Shown: in pieces, positions 1-11,030 of the stretch
Layout of the letters: each line of letters opens with the position of its first letter
Numbering within the stretch: position 1 is the first letter of the stretch
Assembly (NCBI RefSeq): GCF_018350175.1
Contig: NC_058368.1
Span: forward strand, 46,006,001-46,070,000
DNA length: 64,000 nucleotides
Direction of reading: 5' to 3'
Source: Felis catus
Lineage: Eukaryota
The notes under the pieces: model-generated
The model's database searches: none
What the model was told of the DNA's origin: nothing
What the model saw: the letters and a program-made list of their open reading frames with translations, nothing else
Program-made: the position numbers and the translations under genes

Positions 1-49
1 AAAGAGGTGACTCGTTACATAGGGTTGCAAATTTAAATGAAACCTTCAA

Positions 50-270
50 GGGGCTCCTGGGTGGCTTAGTTGATTAAGGGTCTGATTTTGGTTTAGGTCA
101 TGATCTCAAGGTTTGTGAATTCGAGCCCTGTTGTCAGGCTCTACGCTGACAGCTCAGAGCGTGGAGCCTGCTTTGGATTCTGTGTCTCCCTCTTTCTCTG
201 TCCCTCACCCTCTAGTGTTCTCTCTCTCTCAAAAATAAATAACATTAAAAGTTGTTTTAAATAAAAAAAT
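50..270 (+). mobile_element. Can-SINE (feliform SINEC_Fc-like)
   Basis: GGGGCTCCTGGGTGGCTTAG head, CT tract, A tail; TSD TAAATGAAACCTTCAAG at 34-50 and 270-286. Confidence 0.95.
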
Positions 271-667
271 AAATGAAACCTTCAAGTTTAAGATTGGAAA
301 ACAGCATGATGTGGGTTAAAATGCAAATGTGAGTCTATATTAATATATAATTTGGAATGCAAATAAATAGAATTCTTTTAGCTTTAAATATAAAGAAGTA
401 TTTTAAGCTCAAAACTGAGATAATAAAATCTCATATGTGTGAGAAAGGGAGAAAGTTATTGCCCTCCTCCATCAATTTCTTTCATGGCTGTAGATCTTTT
501 TAGAGAAATTTTTGTCTTTCTTGGAAATGAGCCAAATATATTTTGGAGAAGCAGTGTGGTGACTGATGTTGAAAAGTTATGCCCATCTTTCTTTCCCTTT
601 TCACTTGTTTGCTATTTCCTTAATAAACCACTGTGTCCTGATTTTAAAAGATGGTTGGTATATAATG

Positions 668-1754
668 TTTTATTTAATATAGTACTGGAAGTCCCAGCCA
701 CAGAAGTTAGTGAACATAAAGAAATAAAGGGCACCCAATTGGTAAGGAAGAAGTAAAACTTTCATTATATGCAGATGACATGATACTAAATATAGAAAAC
801 CCTAAAGTCTCCACCAAACAACTACTAGAACTGATAAATGAATTCGGTAAAATCGCAGGATACAAAATCAATCTGTTGCGTCCTTATACGCTAATAATGA
901 CGCAGCAGAAAGTGAAATTAAGAAGACAATACCACTTGCAATTGCACCAAAAACAATAAAATATCTAGGAATAAATATAACCAAGGAGGTGAAAGACGCA
1001 TTCTCTGAAAACTATAAAACACCAATAAGGGGCATCTGGGTGGCTCAGTTGGTGAGCGTCCAACTCTTGATTTTGGCTCAGGTTATGATCTCACAGTTTG
1101 TGGATTCAAGCCCCATGTTGGTTTCTGCCCCGACAGTGAGGAGCCTACTTGGGATTCTCTCTCTCCCTCTCTCTGTCCCTCTCCCACTTGTGTGTGCACA
1201 TGCTCTCTCTCTCTCAAAATACATAAATGAACTAAAAAAATAAAAATAAAATACTGATGAAAGAAATTTAAGATGACTCAAAGAAATGGAAAGACCGTCC
1301 ATGCTCATAAGTTATATGAACAAATACTGTCAAAATGTCTATACTACCCAAAGCAATCTACGCAATGCAATTCTTATCGAAATACCAACCACATTTTTTT
1401 TTTACAGAACTAGAACAAACAATCCTAAAATGGGTATGGAACCACAAAGACCCTGAGTAGCCAAAGAAATCTTGAAAAAGAAAAAAAAATGGAGGTATCA
1501 ATATTCCAGATTTCAAGTTATACTACAAACTGGTAGTAATTAAAACAGTATGGTACTGGCATAAAAATAGATAGATCAATGGGATAGAACAAAAACTCAG
1601 AAATCAAGCCACAATTATACGGTAAATTAGTCTTGAACAAATTACGAATGAATATACAATGGGAAAATGATAGTCTCTTCAACAAGTGGTGTTGGGAAAA
1701 CTGGACAGCAACATGCAAAATAATGAAAGTGGACGATTTCTTTCACCATAACCA

Positions 1755-1785
<31 letters not shown>

Positions 1786-2938
1786 CAAAAAAAAAACAAA
1801 AAACCTCAAAGTAGATTAAAGACCTAAAAGTAAGACCTGAAACCATAAAAATCCTTGAAGAAAGCACATGCAGTAATGTCTCTGACAGCAACCATAGCAA
1901 CACTTTTCTAGATATTTGTATTGAGGCAAGGGAAACAATAGCAAAAATAAACTATTGGGACTGCATCAAATAAAAAGCTTCTGCACAGTGAAGGAAACAA
2001 TCAACAAAACTAAAAGGCAACATACTGGATGGAAAAGATATTTGCAAATGACATTTCTGATAAAGGGTTAGTATCCAAAATATACAAAAAACCGATACAA
2101 CTTGATACCCAAAAAAGGAAATAATCTAATTAAAAAATGGGCAGAAGACATAAACAGACATTTCTCCAAAGAAGACACACAGGGCCAACAGACACATGAA
2201 AAGATGCTTAATATCACTCATTATCAGGGAAATGAAAATAAAAATTACAATGAGATATCACCTCACATCTATCAGAATGGCTAGAATAAAAAAACACAAG
2301 AAATGTGCTGATGAAGATGTGGAGAAAAAGGAAAGCTCTTGCGCTGTTGGTGGGAATATAAATTGGTACACCCACTGTGGAAAATAGTACACAAGTTCCT
2401 CAAAAAATTAAAAATGGAACTATTCTATGATCTAGGAATCACACTACTGGGTATTTACTCCAAAAATATAAAAATAGCTAATTCAAAAGGATACATACAC
2501 CCCTATGTTTATTGCAGCATTATTTACAATAGCCAATGTATGGGAGCAACCCAACTTTCCACTGATAGATGGATAAAGAGGTTGTATACACATACAATGT
2601 AATATTATTCAGCCATAAAAAAAGAATGAAATCTTGTCATGTGCAACAACATGGATAGAGCTAAAGGGTATAGTGCTAAGCAAAGCAAATCAGTCAGAGA
2701 AGACAAATATGATATGATCTCACTTACATGTGCACTTTAAGAAGCAAAACAAAGGAGAAAAATAGACAAACAAATGGAAATGCAGACTCTTAACGATAGA
2801 GAACAAATTGATGGTTACCAGAGGGGAGGTGGGTGGGGGAATGGGGGAAAGAAGGGATGGGGATTAGAGTACACTTACCATGATGAAAATAAAATAAAAT
2901 AAAATAAAATAAAATGAAAACAAATAAAAACATAAAAA
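668..2938 (+). mobile_element. 5'-truncated L1: degenerate ORF2 RT/C-terminus plus 3' UTR and A-rich tail
   Basis: LFNIVLEVPA and ADDMIL (GCAGATGACATGATA) RT-like motifs; [15 protein letters not shown] and [15 protein letters not shown]2 C-terminal motifs; frameshifts and stops; (AAAAT)n tail. Confidence 0.95.
1029..1244 (+). mobile_element. Can-SINE nested in L1 ORF2
   Basis: GGGGCATCTGGGTGGCTCAG head, CT tract, A tail; degenerate TSD ATAAAACACCAATAA / ATAAAATACTGATGA. Confidence 0.93.
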
Positions 2939-3321
2939 AGATTATTGTACTTACAACTTGAGGCAATTGGAAGGTGATAAGAGAAGGGATCTATCTAAAT
3001 GTTAAAGCTCTAGTTTCTGTGCAAGAAAGGGATAGTAGAACATTGGTAAATGATTATTCAGTTACTCAATCTGCTCAGGGAAACATTGATGCTGATGCTC
3101 AGGTCAATTGTGAAGAGCTTATACAAAATGAAAGCAAAAGTAAGGACATTGTATAGAATGTGTTAAATTTCTTGCACACAATAATTTGCCTTTTCTTTGT
3201 AACTTGTATGTATAAAGTTCCCTCTACTGTCAACAAATATGCATGTGTAGTAATGAGGATTTCAGTCATCCATTTTGCTTCCCATATCTTTTTTTAAATA
3301 ATTTTCCTTCTTTTGTTTTAA

Positions 3322-3535
3322 ATTATTTTTTTTCATTTTAATGTTTATTTTTTTGAGACAGAGTGAGGACTAGTGAAGGAGGGGCAGAGAGAGAGGATGA
3401 GAGAGCAAATCTCAAGCAGGCTGCATGCTGTCAGTGCAGAGCCCAGTGTAGGGCTCAGTCCCACAAACTGGGAGATCATGACCTGAGCCAAAATCAAGAG
3501 TCAGTGTTTAACTGACTGAACCACCCAGGTGCCCC
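3322..3535 (-). mobile_element. Can-SINE, first of tandem pair
   Basis: Reverse-complement head CCACCCAGGTGCCCC at right end; GA tract and T tail at left. Confidence 0.92.
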
Positions 3536-3544
3536 TTTTTACAT

Positions 3545-3783
3545 TTCTTTTAAGTTTATTTATTTATTTTGAGAGAGAGAACATGAGTGAGGGAGGGGAA
3601 GAGAGAGAAGGAGAGAGAGAGGGAGAGAGAGGGAGAGAGAGGGAGAGAGAGAGAGAATCCCCAGCAGGCTCCACACTGTCAGTGCAGAACCCCATGTGGT
3701 ACTTGAACCCATGAACCGTGAGATCATGACCTGAGCTGAAACCAAGAGTCAGACACTTATCCAACTGAGCCACCCAGGGGCCC
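3545..3783 (-). mobile_element. Can-SINE, second of tandem pair
   Basis: GAGCCACCCAGGGGCCC end, extended GA tract. Confidence 0.92.
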
Positions 3784-4009
3784 ATTTCTTCCTGTATCTC
3801 ACTGTCATTGTCCTGAAACGTTATTCTAGAAAACTAAAAGTAACATGTTTCATGTGGCTTACTCTGGATATTTCTAAACCTTTCTGCATGTCTAAACTTT
3901 AATGGAGTTGGTCAAATGAGGGAACATAGGGTTATGCCTTTTTCTTTTAATTAGTTTTACTTAGGAACTATCAGCATGTTGTTGAAGTGTGGGCTTGTAA
4001 CTGGGTAGA

Positions 4010-4222
4010 CTATGGACAGTAGACAATATGTACTTAAAAGTACACTGGCAAAATGGCTGTATTATACTGGTTTGCATGTAGGATATTTTTGAACTGCTGA
4101 TCTTATACTAGAAATATTTTCAATAAGCTACTTGCTTTTAAAACATTGTTGAGCCACTTAAAAAATCTGATTGTGACACAATTTGCCTCAAATATGTTTC
4201 AAGTTCTACATTTGTTGTCCAA
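4010..4222. repeat. Inverted duplication arm 1 (pairs with 4892-5103)
   Basis: Reverse complement of 4892-5103 with about 8 substitutions and one 1-bp indel by manual alignment. Confidence 0.95.
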
Positions 4223-4254
4223 CAAAAAAATATAATTTACTCCTACCCCCAATT

Positions 4255-4500
4255 TTTACTGTAGCAATATTTCTGGAATTTCTATTACATGCCTGGCTAT
4301 GTAGATGTTGTAATGTTGTAGACGTTAGAAACACTGAGAAGAAAAAGGCAGATAGCAGCTCTGCCCTCATGAAGATTGTATTTCAAAGGGAAAGAAAACA
4401 ACAGAAAGGAAATTAATAAATTGCTAAAAATATTTAAAGTGAAAATAAGTACTATGAAGACAAGTGAAGTAGGTTAAGTAATAAAGTAGGGTAACGTAAG
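4255..4500 (-). mobile_element. L2 3' fragment, degraded
   Basis: Resembles antisense L2 3' end (…CTCTGCCCTCATGAAGATTGTATTTC…). Confidence 0.5.
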
Positions 4501-4891
4501 AGACTCTGACATGCTAAAAATTGTCCAGTTTGGCCTAAACATAACTTTGGTTCTCATGACTGTTCTTCCTGTCCTTGATAATCCTGAATTGCCCAGTGAG
4601 TGTCTGCTAAGGCACAAGAATATTTCCTTCCTCTTTGAGGACCATCTTTAGATAGTTGTTTCCCAAACATGTGAAATTTTAGCTGACCGCACATGCTAAA
4701 GCTCTATGATAATCCTGTCCATCTTCCTCAAGTTAAACCCCCCCTTTGAAATTGTTCTCATTCTACAGAATTCTAAATAAAGAATTATGCCTAACAACAC
4801 AACTAAAAAGTAAATAGATAAATTAAAGCAGGATTCTAAAACTATTCAAATAATCTAACTGAAGTCAGAAAATGGGAAACAGGAACAAAAA

Positions 4892-5103
4892 TTGGACAAC
4901 AAATGTAGAACTTGAAACATATTTGAGGCAAATTGTGTCACAATCAGATTTTTAAGTGGCTCAACAATGTTTTAAAAGCAAGTAGCATATTGAAAATATT
5001 TCTAGTATAAGATCAGCAGTTCAAAAACATCCTACATGCAAACCAGTATAATACAGCCATTGTGCAAGTGTACTTCTAAGTGTATATTGTCTACTGCCCA
5101 TAG
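4892..5103. repeat. Inverted duplication arm 2, inserted in old L1
   Basis: TTGGACAACAAATGTAG…CTACTGCCCATAG is the reverse complement of 4010-4222. Confidence 0.95.
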
Positions 5104-5363
5104 AGAAAAATGGCAGTAAAATGGTAGACCCAAAAACAACTTTATAAGAACCTGAATTTTGTGTTATCATGTAAACACTTCAAATAAAAGGCAAATATTA
5201 CCAGAAACAAGGATACCCAACTGCATGCTGTATACAAGAGACACTTCAATTTAAAAGTTACACATAAGTTGAAAATAACTGGATAGAATAAATATATATA
5301 CACTTTGCAAAAATTAAGGTTAGAAATACTGTAGTGGGCATATTATCAGAAAATATATTTCAA

Positions 5364-5587
5364 GGGGCGCCTGGGTGGCGCAGTCGGTTAGGCATCTGAC
5401 TTCAGCCAGGTCACGATCTCGCGGTCCCGGGAGTTCGAGCCCCGCGTCAGGCTCTGGGCTGATGGCTCAGAGCCTGGAGCCTGTTTCCGATTCTGTGTCT
5501 CCCTCTCTCTCTGCCCCTCCCCCGTTCATGCTCTGTCTCTCTCTGTCCCCTCAAAAAATAAATTAAAAAAAAAGTTAAAAAAAAAAA
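5364..5587 (+). mobile_element. Young SINEC_Fc-type Can-SINE
   Basis: CpG-rich; A box TGGCGCAGTCGG and B box GTTCGAGCC; long A tail; perfect 17-bp TSD AGAAAATATATTTCAAG (5348-5364, 5588-5604). Confidence 0.97.
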
Positions 5588-5615
5588 AGAAAATATATTT
5601 CAAGATAAAATTAAG

Positions 5616-5700
5616 GAATCTACTCCTGAAATCATTATTTCACTATATGCTAACTAATTTGGATGTAAATTTTAAAAAATAAAAAATAAAAATAAAAATA
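5616..5700 (+). mobile_element. Extremely 5'-truncated younger carnivore/felid L1 3' tip
   Basis: AATCTACTCCTGAAATCATTATTTCACTATATGCTAACTAATTTGGATGTAAATTT plus A-rich tail; similar to the L1 end at 26677-26738. Confidence 0.75.
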
Positions 5701-7216
5701 AATTATTACCAGAGATAAAAAGGAACATTTTATGAAAATAAAAGGATCAATTTATATGAGTGAGACTACAATTATGAATATATAGTGACTAAAAATAGAG
5801 CATGAAAACACATGAAGCAAAACCTCTTAAAATCTATAATTTCCCAATTACAACAGGGTATTTTTAACACTCCTTTCTCAGCAACTGACAGAACAACTAC
5901 ATAAAGAGTCAGTGAATACATAAATTATCTAAACCACACTATTAAGCACCATGTACTAACTGATATTTATGGAACACTGCTCAATAGCCAACAACTGCAA
6001 AATACAGATTATTTTCTTGTTAATATGTGCACACGGTTCTTTCACCAACAAAACTATATGCTGAACCTTAAAATAAGTTGCAGTATATTTTGAATGATTG
6101 GTATCATAGAGAGTATATTCTCTGACTGAAATGAAACTAAATTAGAAACCAAGTCAACAAGATATAAAAACCCCACTCCAAAAAATCTTTGAAAAGTAAA
6201 CAACACACCTCTAAATCATGCATAAGTTAAAAAAGAAATCATAGGTAAAATAAAAAATAAAAATTAAATTATAATAAATACAAGATATATCAAAATTAGA
6301 GAGCTGCAGCCAGAACAGTACCCAGAGGGAAATTTATAGCTTGAAGTGACAATATTAAAAACAAACAAGCAAAAAATACAGAACACCTCAGCTCAATAAT
6401 CTAACACTACTTTAAGCTAAAAACGAACAAACTAGAGTAGAAGTAAAGTAAGTAAACAAAATTAAAATATTTAAAAGCAGAATTCAGCAGAATATGAGAG
6501 ATACAGAGACAATTAAGAATGCCAAAAACTGGATATCTTAGAAGATTAAAAAATTGATCAACTCCTGACTTGATTGATTAAAAATTAAAAAAAAATAAAA
6601 AAACAATATGAATATTAAAAGAGGAGTTACTATCACAGATTTTAAAACATGAAAATGATAACACAATAGTGTTAACACTTAGCCATTTCACTACTAGGTA
6701 TTTACTGAAGATAATTAAAAATGTATGTTCACAATTATTTTACATAAGTTTAATAAGTGCTTTAAGTAGCTCAAAACTGAAGAACCAATGCCTATCCACA
6801 GGTGTATCCCTACAATAAAATACTACTTAGCAATACACATAATGAATAGCAATGTACAGAACAACATAGGTAAATCTTAATATCATTATGTCAAGTGAAA
6901 GAAGATAGACACAAAGAGTATTGCTCATACTATATAAGTCCATTAATGTAAAATTCTGTGAAAGACTAAGTAATCTAGAGTGACTAATAGCTTACTAATG
7001 GTTTCTTTGGGCCAGGAGTGCAGAGAGGAATGAATTACAAAGGAGCACAAGAAAACCTTTGAAGGTGATGAAAATATTCGTATCTTGACTATGGCAGTGG
7101 TTTCATGATTGTATACATGTGTATTCATAAAATTGTATACTTTAAATGGATATTTTTATATGTAATTTTTACCAAAATAAAATTAATAAAAGATGTAAGT
7201 TAGATGAATATAAATA

Positions 7217-8421
7217 CAGTAAAACCTTGGATTGTGAGTAATTTGTTTTGCAAGTGTTCCACAAGACAAGCAAACATTTCTAATAAATTTTAACTGATAA
7301 ATGAGTGATGTCTTGCAATATAAGCAGTAGGTAACACTGAATGTCACATGATCACAGCTGAGCCAATGGTTCTCTCTCTCTCTTTCTCTCTCTGCGGGAT
7401 TGTGGATGATCATCTCCCATGCTCAAATGCTCAGTCTCAGGCTACAGTGTTTGGCAGAAATCAGTGATTTTTTACGAACGTTGGAAGGTGCCCACAAATG
7501 GCACCAGTGTATTTTTTGTCACTTCAAAGAACCTATGGACAGTCCTTTCCTTCATTCTAGGCCCCTTGCTTCATTCTAGGTCAGGCTCCAAGCACTTAGA
7601 GACCCTTTCCTCTGCTCCCTTATTGCCAGTTACATTCCATAGAGTATATGACAAGGGTTTATTAATACAGTACTGTAGTGAACATCTGTGTAATGTATAC
7701 AATGGCCCCACGCTGAAAATGGTTGAAAATAAAGGCTCTAAGAAGGAAATGATTATGGTAGAAGTTAAAAAGAAAATCATTGAGAAGTATGAATGAGGTA
7801 TGCGAGTGGCTTAAATTGCAAGATTTCATGATATGTCTATATCTACATCTCATCTGCAGTGGAAAGAAAAGGTGGAGGAAACCCTCACTTCAAATGAGAT
7901 TAGGGAGATGTGTCAAATGTGGGAAACAGTGCAAAATTTTGTAGAAAAGCACCACCCAAATAAGACTATAGCAGTGCAGGTGATGAATCTGTTTAATGAC
8001 AATGCAATGTCACATTTCAGCGAAATCCTTCAAAAGGAGGAAACAGCAAGTCATTGGATAGGTTCCTTGTTAAAGTTGCATGGAAAGAAGAAGATTCCAT
8101 TGAGCCAATAGATAACAGCGATTCCATTAGCGATAGTGAGAGTCATCCTGCACAATAACCCTCCTCTCTCTTGTCTCTCTCACACCAGCTGTGAAGGTAT
8201 TCAAAGGTACGTGCAGGTTAATTTTTCTTTACATTTTATATTTTCTTTCTCTTTGTATATTACAATATTGTAATCATTCCTCTATGAATATTTTTAGGTT
8301 GTGGGATGAATCATCTGAGTTTCTACTATTTCTTATGGGGAAATTCACTGTGACATACAAGTGCTTTGGATTACAAGCATGTTTCTGGAATGAATTATAC
8401 TTGTAAACCAAAGTTTTACAG
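7217..8421 (+). mobile_element. TcMar-Tigger/pogo non-autonomous DNA transposon, internally deleted
   Basis: TA TSDs (7215-16, 8422-23); imperfect TIRs CAGTAAAACCTTGGATTGTGAGTA / TACTTGTAAACCAAAGTTTTACAG; transposase remnants KKEMIMVEVKKKIIEKYE*GMRVA*IARFHDMSIST and EIREMCQMWETVQNFVEKHHPNK. Confidence 0.88.
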
Positions 8422-8724
8422 TAAACTTATCTAGGGTTATCATAGAACATATTTAAGAAGATTGCCTAGAGAATGCCTAGACTCTGCCAGAAGTACCATA
8501 AATTAAGAGTAATTAACCAGAGGCTATGCATCACTTGGGTCAGGGAAGAGCAGGTAAGATATCTTTAGAGATGTATAAGTCTAAAAGTTGTTGGTCAGTG
8601 GTACCACTTGCTGACACCTGAGAACTCAATGTCTACTAACCTCCTTTTCCCTTAAGAGGCCCCCTTCAGTGTTGTGCTCCTAGAATTTGTTAACTTTAAA
8701 AATAAATGTCAGTTATCTTACAAA

Positions 8725-8824
8725 GGAAGGAAGGAAGGAAGGAAGGAAGGAAGGAAGGAAGGAAGGAAGGAAGGAAGGAAGGAAGGAAGGAAGGAAGGAA
8801 GGAAGGAAGGAAGGAAGGAAGGAA
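8725..8824 (+). repeat. (GGAA)25 perfect microsatellite
   Basis: Direct reading. Confidence 0.98.
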
Positions 8825-8949
8825 GAGAAATGTACAAGTCTGAGAGAGAAAAAGTCAGCTCAGCTCTGATAATGTCCATCATATGGGGAACCAATGCCAG
8901 TTCACAAGAGTAAAAGTGAAAAAAATCCTTTACTGCTTTATTTTTTGAC

Positions 8950-11030
8950 ACCTTCCCTGGATGACTCAGAAGCTCATGAATCCAGCAAATGTCTGGAGAA
9001 AAGGGGAGAGCCTGGCAGCTACTAAAGAGAAGAATCTGGCAGCACATCCTCTTCCACGTGTATGATTCTTACCTAAAAGAGGCATGTGGTCAGAGAGACT
9101 CATTATGTGAACAAAGTGTGAGGAATTTGGGCTATGAAGCCAGCTGAACATTCAGAGGACTTCAATCCTGGCCACTGTCTGACTGAACTGTAGAAGAGGC
9201 TCTAAAGGACCAGGTGTGTGTCAAGTCATAGAACCATGAAAGCTGCTAATAAATTGTTTTAGATCTTTGTTTTCTTGTCTTAGAAGAAAAGAAGTTTGAT
9301 AACTGGAACAGAATTTCTTACCAGAAAGAGGATTATTTCCATCATAACAACCTAAAATATGTAGCACTCTCTTTGGGACCTTGTCAAGAGCTTAGGCCTC
9401 AAGGTCCTCAAGGTATTAGTTACAGATTGAAGGACAGTGAGGAAACTGTTATTGGAGTCTGGAAAAAAAAAGGAATGTATATGTTATGTGGTGGTATAAA
9501 ATTGGTAAGCTCTGGAAAATAGAAATATAACTAATGAGTTAATGGAGCTGGTCAAGGAAATTTTCAATCAATGTGTTAAAAGAGCGAATGGATTTGTTTC
9601 AGCAGTATATGATAAAGTATGGTTAAGAGAGAGATGAACTAAAGAAAAAGCCGCTCAGTTCCCAGTCAACCCTAGAAGAAACATTTCCAAATCAAAAGTT
9701 AGCAGGTTCAAAATTAAAACTGTTCCTCATTCCTACCCTGTCCTGAAAAAGAAACTTCAACTTAAGAAATGACATCAGCCTGCAAAACCCTTTGTTAATA
9801 CCTCAAAAAATTTTATGGCAACGCCTAAAGATTTGCAAAGTGAGACAAAACAATGTTGAAGAACCTCAAGGACATCGTCCCACAAAACCTAATTCTCAGC
9901 CCAACGTAAGGAAAGATCTGTCTTCAAAAAAGATTTCTAGCTATGGCTCCTGTCTGAGTAGATTAACATGTAATACACAAGAGACCCAAGAAATGTTTAA
10001 GGAATGCAACAGGCTTGGTCTGAAAGTGTCAGAGACAGTTTAACAATAACAGAGGTCCTTTAGGTCCTAGAACTTCTATAACCAGAAAATAGGATAAGAA
10101 AGCTACTCAACAGCAAACATGGTTACATTTTTATTGAAAAGGAATAAGACTCAGAAGGTAGAGCCAAGAGCCCAGCAGGTGTATCAAAGAGCCACAGAGA
10201 ACCATTTCGAGGAAACAAGGCTATGCCTTAATCAAGAAACCAGTGACACGGACATGGCAGGATTTCAGAAATGTTATGGACTAGTTAACAGCTGTGTGAT
10301 CCTGTTCTCCTTTTTGAATGGAAAGGTCTATTGAAGTTGTCTTACAGAAATCTTAAAATTGCATGATTCATGTAAAAATCAAATAACTTAATTTCTCAGT
10401 TTTCAGGTTATGACGAGTCATTATCCAAGGACTTACACCTGAGGAACTACACCAGAGGCGTTTAACCCACACTTAGATCTATTTAGAGTATAAGTTTCCA
10501 GACTAGAATCTGACGACATAATGGGTTGAGACTGGGGTATCATGAAAAACTGAGTGCATTCTGAAAGTAGAAAGAATGTAAATAATCTGTGGACTCCAGG
10601 AAGTAGCTACAAATTTTTAACCATCTTAACCATTAAGAGGAAAATTATGGGCTGGGCTTATTTATGTTTAAGCCAATAGAACATGGTAAAGGTAATGAGG
10701 TGTCCATCCCTGGCTTATGTTTTTAAAAGGATAACTTCTGCTCCTTCCTCTTGGCAGACAACTACCATGATGAACTACATTGAGATCTCTATATTCAGAA
10801 GACCAACTAGCCACATGGAAACAGACAGGTTACGAGCAACACCCTGAGCTATCAGACATGTGAATGGAGGTTTCCTGGAACTTCCATCCAAGACACTAAA
10901 ATTAAGAACTGAGGCCCTGGATGAATATTCCTAACCATTTGAATCACCCAGTTAGTCTCTAGGCATGGAAATGAGACAGAAAAAAACCTTATGTGCCTTT
11001 TCTGAATTCTGGACAAAAGTAATTTGTTTT
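8950..11030 (+). mobile_element. Degraded MaLR (MLT1-type) element: LTR remnants flanking internal sequence
   Basis: LTR-end-like AACTGGAACA at ~9310 followed by MLT1-int-like GGAAACTGTTATTGGAGTCTGGAAAAAA…GAAATTTTCAATCAA; second LTR-like segment from ~10590. Confidence 0.6.

Larger units (their letters stand above)
4770..7182 (+). mobile_element. Ancient L1 (L1M-type): inter-ORF/ORF2 endonuclease region joined to 3' UTR, with later insertions
   Basis: CCAACTGCATGCTGTATACAAGAGACAC resembles the endonuclease PTICCLQETH motif; AGAGGGAAATTTATAGC; 3' UTR-like sequence from ~6670. Confidence 0.8.

Noticed and set aside
439..2602. ORFs with reverse-transcriptase-like peptides
   Set aside because: Frameshifted, stop-riddled L1 ORF2 remnants interrupted by a SINE; not a functional gene or novel RT system
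5364..5450. tRNA-like A/B boxes as a tRNA gene
   Set aside because: They are the tRNA-derived head of Can-SINEs, followed by CT tract, A tail and TSD
7419..8111. 125-aa and 92-aa ORFs as a domesticated TIGD-like gene
   Set aside because: In-frame stops in the HTH region and loss of the catalytic domain; lies within a TIR-bounded fossil element
8674..9047. GRKE / PSFL repeat peptides
   Set aside because: Translation of the (GGAA)25 microsatellite
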